A stretch of 64,000 bases of DNA, from assembly GCF_964355755.1 (NCBI RefSeq), contig NC_092677.1:456101-520100 (forward strand). Direction: 5' to 3'. The notes beneath the pieces are model-generated. The model searched no databases. It was not told the DNA's origin and worked only from the letters and a program-made list of their open reading frames with translations. This DNA is from Antedon mediterranea. Lineage: Eukaryota > Animalia > Echinodermata. Below, piece after piece: positions 11,974 through 23,424 of this stretch; position 1 is the first letter of the stretch, and each line of letters starts with the position of its first letter. A program made the translations under genes and the position numbers.

Positions 11974-14900
11974 ATTAAAGAGTTAGCACACTGTTAAACT
12001 TGTTCCATGCCAGAATTAACAGGTTTTTACTGAATGTGCTAAATTTCAGATTATGTTAATTCAAATGTGTAAGTTCAAGATTCTGATTCCAACCCTTCAG
12101 TTAGTATTGTTGTATGTTTATTAGTTATTTTTTTATTATTACTTGTCAAAGTTTTTATTTTATTTAAAATACTTACAGTATACTTCTAGTCGTTTTGGAG
12201 GACTTGTTTCTTCCCTGACGTTGTTGCGCGCGCCACACACGTACATTCCGTCATCAGCACGTGATACGCTGTATATTATGAGTGTATGGTCACTTCGAAT
12301 CATGTGACTTCTAGAGGTTAAAGGAAGTTCTATGTTGTCTTTCTTCCAATAAACCGACGGCATGTTGTCACCAGTTGCCCTACAGGTCATCGTGGCGTTA
12401 CCTCCAACAACAATGCCATGCGATGGCACATTTGATACAGCTTCACTTAACCCTAAGTCAAAGAAGAAAAACAATTACTTTTTTCTGACTTAATACTTTG
12501 AGCCTTGTAGTACTACTAGTACGAAAGACACAGTGAACTAATATTCTTGATTTTGTTTGTGTTTATTAAATCTGTCTAGTCCACCATATTGTTTTCTTCA
12601 ACCTCCCCATGATTTGAATATAATATAACAAAACTTACAATAAACTTTAAGACTGATATCACCAAAGTCTTCATTTGGTGTATCCCCAATGATTTGAACC
12701 CGACACCTGTATTTTCCATTGTCTTCCTTTTGTACATTTTGTATCTGCAAGTCTGCTTCTCCTGACACGCTGTGACGTGGGTAGCCGTCCTCCCTATGAG
12801 TGGTTCCCTCGGTCCTGGTAAGAATTGGTTGTGGGTTGTCGTACTTATCTAGTAGACTCCAATGTACGATTGGTTCTGCGTTTACACTGGCAATTTTCTT
12901 GCTAAATGTACATCGTAGAACTACTGTACTCCCTTCCATTGATTCTGTACTTTGACCAACATTTACTGACGTACCAACAACCACTATAGAAAAAAAACAA
13001 TTGAATTATTGATTTTTTTTTTTTTAAATCATAAAACGTCTATTAACTCAAATAGTTTACGTTTTCTTTGCCCTTAATTTCCTCAGTGTAGTGCAAATAA
13101 GTCTCTGTATCTGTACGACTTTTAATATACCTGTGATCCTCGAATAGAATAGAATAAATGTAGGTAGGCCTAAGACTTAAGCCTACACATCACAAACAAA
13201 TCACGTAACTTACCCATGTATATAGGTATCGAACAAATACCTGAGTTCATTTGATTTTTTTTTTATTTTGGAATGTTTACCGTAGATATGACATGCACTT
13301 TTTTTGTCAAAGGTATCCATTGACAATATAGTCGGCTAGACGGTTTATAAAACCGAAGTTACAACCCATTTTGTTAAAGTTAAAATACTTAAAAATTATC
13401 TAAATTGAATAGGGCAGATGAACAACTAAATCCAGCTTTTTAAATATAATAATAGTTACGTTCTTGAACTGTTCACATCCTTTGTAACAATCGTGCTTGC
13501 GTTGATTTATGAATAACGCTAGCAGACTTTTAATCTGCTATTTTAGTAAGGAGGTCGTGTTAATGTCACTCTAAAGTTACACTCGACCTATTTTTATAAT
13601 GTTTTATTACAAAAAGAAAAATGGTTGTTATACAGTAGTAATAATTGTTTATACCTTGTCGACAGACATCCAGATAAAAGGCACCACAATACCCTTGCCA
13701 ATAGAAACATCTATCCGAATTTATTGTTAGACGTTTTAGCTAGTAATACTGTAGTTGTAAAGTTAATATACCTCTGTCTACACTACAATTTGATGTGCCC
13801 AAATATGGTAGTGGTATGCCCAAGTGTGGTGATATGACATAATTATGTCCATATATGGGCACTCACATTTTGTTGTGTAGACAGAGCTTTAGACGTTTTA
13901 GTTTGTAAAGTTGCTATAGTATTATATACCATTGTATTAAATAGACAGAAGTGAACGTGATTCTCGCTACTCTATATTACTCCATTCATTGGAATATTTG
14001 GTAATACAAACTGCAAAGTGTTTCTATGGAACGCCGTTTACGCAACATTTCAATGATATGAATTTTATGACGCGATATGTGAATGAAATGCATCGATATG
14101 AATTGAATGGCGCGATATATGAATGAAATGTTTTGAATTGAATGCTTTGAATTGAATGTTTTGAATGAACTGTTTTGAATGAAATGTTTTGAATAAATTG
14201 TTTTGATTGCAATGTTTTGAATGAAATGTTTTGAATGAAATGTTTTGAATTAAATGTTTTAAATGAAATGTTTTGAATGAAATGTTTGAATTGAATTGAA
14301 AAGTCAAACTATTGGTGGCGTATGTCATTCCCGCTCGCGATTTTTTTCTCAACCTCTTAGGCCTAAGCGTGGGTAGCCTCATCTCCACGCTGCCTTTACA
14401 GAGAATCCTAACAGACCTGAGTTCGGAAATATGTATTCCAATGTTTCAGGTCTGTTAGGATTCTCTGTAAAGGATCCATATTGATGACAGCGTGGAAAGG
14501 AGATGAGGGTACCCAGGCTTAGGCCTAAGAGGTTAAAACAAAATCGCGAGCAGGAATGACATACGCCGCCAATAGTTTGACTTTTCAATTCAATTCAAAC
14601 ATTTCATTCAAAACATTTCATTCAAAACATTTCATTCAAAACATTTCATTCAAAACATTTCATTCAAAACATTTCGTTCAAAACATTTCATTCAAAACAT
14701 TTTATTCAAAACATTCAATTCAAAACATTTCATTCAAAACATTTCATTCAAAACATTCAATTCAAAGCATTCAATTCAAAACATTTCATTCATATATCGC
14801 GCCATTCAATTCATATCGATGCATTTCATTCACATATCGCGTCATAAAATTCATATCATCAAAATTTTGCGTAAACGGCGTTCCATATGTTTCACCGAGA

Positions 14901-16781
14901 ATCTTGTGGAGTAGATTATCTAAGCTGGGTCTATAATGTATAGTTTACTACTATTTCAGGCACGTCTGTCCATAGTTTTAACCAGAAACACTTCTATTAT
15001 GCAACATATATTTGTATACAGTATAGTATAGCTACAGGACTGGCATTTATAATACCCGGGTTAAACGAATCTAGTCAAGTGAAATACAGATAGGCCTATA
15101 TCACGCAAAAATGAATGAATATATACAGCAGGGAAAAATTTCATTTGAATATTTTGTTTAGCAAAATTGCTAATCAAACTGATTTTTTAGTCAAGAAACA
15201 TAGTTTTGTATTGTATTTTTTGCTACACAATTGTAGAAATGTGTAGCAAAAAGTTTGTTTTGTATAGCTTTTTGCTATGCTACACTGGCGAAATTATTCC
15301 CTGTACAGACGTACTGTAAAGTAATAAATCTTCTTGAAATGTGTTAAAAAGTTATGGAATGAGGTTCTGAACTAAAGCAATAAACACAGAATTACGTTAT
15401 TATAACACGTGACGTATGTAGGGAGGACACACAAGTACGTGTGTATATTCGAACAGGTGTCTTGCGTTTCTCAACACGCACACTTTTTAAAAGACATGGT
15501 TTGTAATGCTTTTGGCCCGACCTTTGACATTGTATAGGGGGATATATATACCCATAGAGATATTATAGTCTTTATGATATACTACATCTTATATATAAAC
15601 TAAAGTTTTTTATTGATGAAGAAATAAAAGTTGGTCGATCCTACATAAGACAAAAAAAAAAATAAAGTTACTTTATCTCACCATTACTGTTTATGTTTGC
15701 GATATGCGACCGATGCGTGGGCGCAATTATGTGCATCAACCCGACATAGACGCACTTATCGAAAGTCAAATGCTGTGAACATTGCCAAATTGCCCATGAA
15801 TAATAGCCTATATGCATGGTAAGGGTGTTGAGTGCCAATGTTTAAATATCTTGACACCGGTAAATTAAGACACATTGTAAAATTGTCTTTGGTTTGTGGT
15901 ACTAAGTGAATAAATTACAACATTATAATAGTAGAGAAAAAGTTACTGAAAATCTAATCTAATACTCATAGCAATTATTCATGGGTGGGTTCCATGGGTG
16001 GTGGCTGAGAGTAAATGTTTATTGATAAGCCTTTAATTTGATGAGATGGTACTGCAGTACATGTTAAGAAACTATGGAGGAATATTGAAACCTGCGCTAA
16101 TTCTTCGAACCAAAAGTTTAGATTTCAATGTTGATGTATTTAACGATTGATTTGAAGAGGTTCAAGATCGCTGTTGTTATAATACATGTACCGTACTACA
16201 CCATTAGACAGAAATAAAAGTGGCTTAAAATAACAAACGTGTATACTTTTCGTATAAACACTTTAATCGTAATAATAGTATGACAATCAACTTAAAAGTA
16301 TATGAAGGTTATCTCCATTACTTTTTTTTTCATGATTATTGTGTATAAATGACAAACTACAAGAAAAACCAACATAATTGCTTTAGAAACGGTTATTTCT
16401 GCTTAGTTAATCTAATGTTTTATTCAATATTTAATTAATATTAATTACATGACACATCTTTGTTTTTGGAATCTTTATTTGTTTACTGATTTTATAGTAT
16501 ATTTCAGAATATCTTAGAATTGCCTTATTCAAATCTGCATATATAATGGGAAAATTGAAAACAGAAAATCAAAAATTAAAGAAAATTAAAACAAGATAAG
16601 CGGCCTGGATGTGTCTCTTGATGTTGAAGGGGTACACCCTCCATATATGTGTAGGTTCTGATAAAACAAACTTGACAACAATACAATATAAAAAAGATTG
16701 TGAAACAAACTTACCATCAATTACAAACAGATAGCATAGTCCAAGCCAGTACAATCTAAATCCACTAGTTAAATCCTTCAT
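8904..16781 (-). CDS. IgSF receptor 1: signal peptide, 4 Ig domains (V, I, Cys-less, C2/I), TM, Tyr-motif tail; exons 16781-16715, 12983-12639, 12452-12177, 11741-11487, 11057-10767, 10455-10330, 10070-10052, 9687-9606, 9232-~9170, 8969-8904
   Basis: Signal exon MKDLTSGFRLYWLGLCYLFVID with phase-1 donor; one Ig domain per phase-1 exon (DNGKYRC, DDGMYVC, KYTC); TM IIIISACTTGFIFLIVLIIFCLLFC-KRR; tail has YDDS, FSYNEI, ITYAN. The last junction is uncertain (weak gtgcat donor versus an in-frame stop near 9158). Confidence 0.8.
11927..11975. repeat. (ATTG)n microsatellite
   Basis: Directly visible tetranucleotide run. Confidence 0.95.
13772..13890. mobile_element. MITE family A, copy 3 (internally deleted)
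   Basis: ctctgtctacacta...gtgtagacagagctt, with the same internal tgtgcccaaatatggtagt core. Confidence 0.75.
14027..14885. mobile_element. Foldback-type non-autonomous element: ~860-bp near-perfect palindrome with internal tandem repeats and TA target duplication
   Basis: ta|tggaacgccgtttacgcaa ... ttgcgtaaacggcgttcca|ta; arms carry (ttcaaaacatttca)n arrays; inner arms ctttacagagaatcctaacagacctga / tcaggtctgttaggattctctgtaaag around a ~24-bp spacer. Confidence 0.88.
15129..15303. mobile_element. Probable MITE (short TIR cagggaaaaatttc / gaaattattccctg)
   Basis: Imperfect terminal inverted repeat with internal (t)agcaaaa/ttttgcta motifs; only one copy seen. Confidence 0.45.
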
Positions 16782-19557
16782 GATTATTTCCTTTTTACGT
16801 TAGATATTTCTCTGGTTGCACTCAGCACTGTACTCTTCGAATGGACGCCCTATATAGTTTAGTGGTGCACGACGCTCGAACCCAGTGCGGTCTCTACTGA
16901 ATACCTGTAATGAAAGAGCGGAAAATACAATATTTATGATTTAGAATGAAAATCCTTCCTCGTTGTCTTCAACAATACAAGTAACAATTGTACATCACGC
17001 TACACTGACCCAGTAGTTTTGTCAAAACTCACTCGTATATAACGAAAGTAAACGATAATAATCTGCCGTGCTTCTATGATCATGGCCTTAGAGCTGATGA
17101 TCTAAAATAATATCTAGCTACACGTATCAATCAATTTGTTTACATTATGTACATGATGTTTTGTTGTATATTGAAATATGTATGAGTAGAAATAGGTACT
17201 TTGTACAGTATCGTATCCACCAGATTCCCAGTGCTGTATCTCCACATACAATACTATCTATTTATAAGTATTATTAGGAATATTTGGTAATGCAGCATAT
17301 ACAGTAATTTATTTATATGACATCAACATGTGGTGGCTGTATCATGGAAGGTGATGATCTAAAATCATCATCATCAGCAAAATAATGTCTTGCTACACTT
17401 ATCATGTCTTTTAGTGGCGTGCAACGCGACTCTACAGATCACTTTGTCGGTCGGTAAACACTAACTTGAGCAAGTGACTGCAGCCGCCATGTATATGGCC
17501 TTGTTATATAATTTATATGGAAGATATGTGAGTAAAAATAAGTACAGAGTATAGATCTGTACATTATCGTCATCCCTGTATGTACTGTTGTTCATAGTAA
17601 TTATCGTAGTTTAATGATAAAACACAACATTATTCTTTGAGCTACACATAATATAATACTTCATCATGCTGTCTTATCAATGGTAGTACTATCACTACGT
17701 GATCATTATGATCATTATCAGCCATCATTAGTTTAATATGTTACATTTATGTGCATGCAATGTTGTACATTAAAGTTTTACTTCAATTTGGAAGGAGCAA
17801 AAATAGAACATTCATCTCTTATAAAAGTTGACCTTGATACGTGAGTCTAGACTCTAGAGCCCATACGTCACTCCTTACAGCATACTTAAATGATCAAGGG
17901 AGTGATAAATCCAATCTTTATTACGGATCACCAATTTTTGTAACGATCTTCACGATCATGAAGGGCACTTTTACGTTACAATAATAAACATTGCGATATG
18001 ACAGCTTCCAAAACTCTTGTTGTGTTTTTATTATTAATTGACAAGGGAACCACCACTGTATATTTCAACAAAATTAGATTAAAGTTTTATTTTATTATAT
18101 TAAAGAGATGATACTTCATCGCTTTGGCGATGTATATTATTACAGGCGCTCTAAAATGTCAATGGTACAGTTATAGAAGGGTGCCAATAATTCCAAGAAG
18201 AGTGGATTGTACGTACCGCGTATAGACTAGAATGAAGGGTGGGAATTTAGACTAGAAGGCTGACCACTATTTGATACCTCGCCACTATCCAGGTTTATCA
18301 CCTTATCTCACCTCCGCCAACAATTACAACCCTCAACAAGATGTGTTTCAACCTATTGAGTAGTGCTGCATGAGTTGATCTGGGCCTCAATGGTTCAATA
18401 ATAATAATAGCTAGTTAGGCCTACACTAAGCAGTATAATAATTTTAGCAGATTATAGAATGCCACAGTATTGCACTGTTGCCTACCGTACAGTACTTTTC
18501 CAGCAGTAATTTTATATAATAGACAGTTATATTGGTTTCCATTATCAATAGCGAGATATTTACCACCAAAAGTAAGTTTCATTCTTTAAGTTGTCTTTCA
18601 TTGTATGGTATAGTTATAAATATGCAGAATTAATAGGTTTAGATTCCTGTAACAATTGTTTCTTTTCAGTCAATTTAATACAATTATTTATGTAAACACG
18701 CCTGGTCGGTGAGTGTGTGCATTAGGGTTGACTGGAAACACTCAATGCGTGTGGCTTGTGTCAAAGGGGTGTACCGTACAAACACATTTTAGGTAAAAAA
18801 ATCGGTGTTAAAATCACACCGGAACATGCCCTATTTCATGAGTTCGAACTTCTACCACATGGTCCCCAGTATTTGAGATAAAAAATGATGTGAAGACATG
18901 GTTTTAAGAAAGACTAAGTGTTAAGTAACATTTAAAATAAATAATAACTGTAAAATTGGCCTAATATAGTTGTATTTAAAATTAGAGATAAAGAGAAAAC
19001 GTATTTGTTTTAGTTCAACATCTGGAATCTGGTTAATCCTTCAATTTTTATGAATTACATTTAAGCATTGTCAAAATGTTTGTACAGTAGTTTCGCAAAT
19101 TAAAAACAAACAAGCATCAGACAATCATGTTCTGTGCTTGAAACTAAATGTTCCCAAACTATGTGGAGGTAGAAATAATACCGCTAACGGTCCATCCGTC
19201 CGGTTTGTGATTCTCATGCACATTAGTTTTCATTGGTTTTGATTGAAAACGTATCAGTGATATTATGACTTTAGTTCATTAAATGTGTCCTTAGAACTAG
19301 AAACATTTCGTTTCTTATAGGTTTATCGAACTTTTCTTCACACGTTTTCTCTAAATTCTTTATCATATAGAGAGAATTATGTTTAATAACTTTTCTTACA
19401 ATTATGCCATATCAAATTATCACAATCGTAAATTTAGTGCGTACGTAAAATGTAAACAGTGAGCATTCATTATTTATGGATGAATACAAAACATAGTAGT
19501 AGAAGTAAAAGAAGCAAGTAGGCCTATAATTTCCTGGGAGTGTATACTTTGGTATAA

Positions 19558-19645
19558 GGCTTGGTTCCCACTAGCATACAACGCAAGGACGTATAGCACG
19601 CGCAACGCACACTCTCTCGCGCTGCGCCGCTGGAAACCAAGCTTT
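19558..19645. mobile_element. MITE family B copy (cttggttcccact.../acgcaacgcaa core)
   Basis: gcttggttccca ... tggaaaccaagc inverted ends; related pieces near 37275-37310, 44300-44445, 48440-48550, 49083-49215, 56706-56830 and 59847-59950. Confidence 0.6.
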
Positions 19646-21951
19646 AGTACAACCATACATGATTGTGTAAGTGTGTACGTGTGTAACTGGAGATTAGAAT
19701 TCCTACTAATCAAACTAAGAAACAAAGGTATATCGTTACATGCACAGTGGGACCCTTATCTTATCTATCTACTTATTTAATACTTAAGTCATTAAATCCT
19801 CGTACTTAGATTAACATGTTCAATCTATCAATTGTTCTGTCTGGTGCTGTTGGTATATTTTGTTTTACAGAATTGACATTGATATATTTGGTTACCATAT
19901 ACGTTTCCATGGTTTTTGTCTTGAGTTGGTTTGTTTTCCGGTCAAAAAGAGAATTTTAGAATGTTGTGTAGGATTAGGTTTAGTCGCAATCAATGTTCTA
20001 CTCTTAGGTTGTAGAATTAAGCTTAAATTTATTGGAAACGCTGAAAGCTGGTACTGTAGTAGAGGGAATATTGTGAATGTTTTATTTCGTTTTCTAGCAG
20101 TAATGCATAGTCCATGATATATGAGTTCGTGATGGATGTTTATTTTTTCGTCGAGAGATGAATTTGGTAGAACTCTTTTGTATCATCTTTATTTAACTTA
20201 TGAGAAACAATGAAATGGGTTGGACTAATTTAAAACGTATTTAAAGGTCACTTGTATGGCGGCTTTTTTTATTACTAACCAAGCAATGAGGTCCAGATGG
20301 TATTCTCTTCTAGCCAATAGAAATACTGGAATGTTACGCTAATCCTGTGTAATCATTAACTAGATTTACTGGTCTCAACAACTATTCCATTCTACACCAT
20401 TCTGTTAGTGTCTATTTCAATTATTCAATGCATTTACAAAAATCCAGTTATCAAATTCCTTTCAATTTCATAAATATTTTGAAAAATATAATATCTTTTT
20501 GTTTCATTTTGTTTTCAACAATTCCCTTTTTAGGGATTTAAAGAAACATGTTAGAAATCTAAAGATCAAACGTTCAATTCAAGAAGATAAAATATTTTGT
20601 ATTGCCAACAAAATAAAGTTTTATTTTTAGGCCTACTCGTCAAATGACGTACATCGTGTTGTCATCATGTGTTAGGAGCCAAGAAATTCATCAACAACAT
20701 TCACAATGTCAATGAAAGAGACAAACAGAAATGTAAGCCTATAAAAACTATATATTATCAATTGCCAATTTTTCTATATATATAGTTTCTGTCTGTGTTA
20801 AAAAGTGTCATAAAAAATAGGAATTAGCGGCCCTTTTCTAACAAATTAAGTTTAGTCGTTTGGTCTATTCATTTTAAAGACGATAATACTTAGCAATTGT
20901 CTTTTGTTGCTGTAATTATTACGTACATTGATATACAGGCATACTATAAGCAATTATTATACGTCTTATACATAGATTACTACTGATTGTTTTACCTTCG
21001 TTCCACACCACATAAACATAATTTGATAGTAATCGTATGAGGGAGTATTCTTCTTATTTTGCTCCTAAAATTCTCCATTAAACCAATACATAAACTTATT
21101 TATTACTGACTCTTTTTAAACTTATCTGCTGCGCGACTAATATACTTTAAAAAATACTTTTTAAAACTCACCTTGGATCTTGTTGATGTTGTTAGCTTGC
21201 TTAATTTCGGTTGAATGGATTTTAAGTTCTGACTACTCCGCACCTAATACTCTACTCCCAAGGTAACTAGACCGTGTGATAACATACATAGGTATGGCGT
21301 GCCACTCAACTGCTCATAAATCGTTTTTCACTTGCGACTGTATGGTACGCTAATCACGACTTAATTTAGATCATCATACAAAGTTCCTAATTTACATTTT
21401 GATGAATCTTTATTTTTAATTTTTGTGCATCTGTACGCTTTACGCGAACGTTTTTTTTGGTTTGAAGTTTCGTTGAATTTAAATACCATTCGTTTTAATA
21501 TTCATAACTTTATTTCAATATGTGAGTGTGATATATGTTGATAGTCATTAACTAATATTTACATCATTTACCCTGGTTCAGAGTAGCTACAAAATATATT
21601 CGTTCTATAAATCATATTACAATCTACAGCGTACATTATTTCACTATTGATATATATATAGATTGGCAGTCATTCCCAGTAATAACATTAAACGTATAAA
21701 AAAGCTTTTAGTATTGATTACAGTAAAGTAATCGGTCCTCGCCTATTTTATAACAGGCCCAAAGCCAGCCAACAAAAAACCACCTTTAAACATTTTAGGT
21801 ACCACTTTATATCAGGCCCCTACTAGTAGTTGTCTCCAGTCCCGTCTTGAGTCGATCATGTTTACTGTTCAATGTTCTGACCAAATATCATAACACCGTA
21901 GGCTCTTTCAACTCATTACATTGACTTATTTAACCTTGTATAGCTTGCTAA

Positions 21952-23386
21952 TTAAAATGACGTGTTGGTTTTATTAACACTGTTATCATATAATGGGTTT
22001 CTGATTTCGTTCATGTGAGATTCATCATCTCCCTCATCGTCGTCTTTGTGGAAGCCGTTATTTCCATACACATGTTGGTTTTTGTTGTCATCCGTACAGT
22101 CGTTTTCATCATCTTTTTGTTTTTCATCTTCATTATTCGTGGGTTTCCTTTCATTATTCTCGCGGTGGCTACTTTCATCAGTACTCAAATTGTGATCTTC
22201 TTTCTCTTCTTCGCACTCGTCATTGTGATAGTTATCATGTACATAAGGCCGATGTCCCTGTGTGTTTTGGTCTCCATTACAACCCTCGTACTCGTCTTCG
22301 TTGTAGCTATCGTGCATACCAGGCCGATGTCCCTGTGTGTTTTGGTCTCCATTACAACCCTCGCACTCGTCTTCGTGGTAGTTATCGTGCATACCAGGCC
22401 GATGTCCCTGTGTGTTTTGGTCTCCATTACAACCCTCGCACTCGTCCTCGTGGTAGCTATCGTGCATACCAGGCCGATGTCCCTGTGTGTTTTTGTCTTC
22501 ATTACAACCCTCGCACTCGTCTTCGTGGCGGTTATCGTATATCGTTGGCATCATTTTTTGGTTGCACTGAATGTTTTCATAAATGCTTTCCCGAAAGTGT
22601 GTAAAATCAATATAATCCTATAAAAAATACCCAAATAAATCAAATCAACATTGTTGAAAGATTCCTTCCTTGAACGTTCAGTCAATATAGGATTATGATT
22701 GTATTTAGTTTTAGGCCAAATAAAGTCATTTATATTTTTTCTCTGGGTGTAGGCCTATCGAAGTCTGAAAAGAGATCGCGTTAAAAAAACTAAAACGTTA
22801 CCTTGTCTTCGGATAATAAAGTGTCTAACTGCCCTGACAACTGGTCAAACGATGGCCTATCTTCTGGGTCAAGACTCCAACACCATATCATAAGTTCATA
22901 TCTAAACAAAAACATATTTTTCTGATACATTAATAACATTGCAAGGTATAATGTGTGGCGAAGTTTATTACGTGTTCTGTGGCGTTTAATAATCCATAAT
23001 CACATTGCAAGATATAATGTGTGGCGAAGTTTATTATACGTGTTCTGTGGCGTTTCATAATCCATAATCACATTGTCTAGATTAGTAATAAGTATATTAT
23101 TATTTGATTTCTTACATTGATTGTTCGCAATGATCAGGTTTAGGCATCCGATATCCTTCTTTTATCTTTACGATAAGATCACCTGTTGATATACCTGGAT
23201 ACGGGTGGCCTCCTGTAAACAAGTCATATCATTATTGTAACTATATAATTATCTGATCAACATAGGCCTGTAATCATCATCATTATCATCATCGCCATCA
23301 TTATCATCATCATCATCATCATAATCATCATCATCATCATCCTTGTCATCATTATCATCATCATCATTATCATCATTATCATCATT

Positions 23387-23424
<38 letters not shown>

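Noticed and set aside
13655-13710. Alternative signal-peptide exon MFLLARVLWCLLSGCLST for receptor 1
   Set aside because: Its donor is phase 2 and the V exon needs phase 1; exon 16781-16715 fits in phase.
14024-14936. ORFs with repeated HSKHFIQNISFKT
   Set aside because: Translations of tandem repeats inside the foldback element.
22015-22623. 202-aa hydrophobic plus-strand ORF resembling a multi-pass membrane protein
   Set aside because: It is the antisense shadow of the acidic, repetitive RTK tail exon.
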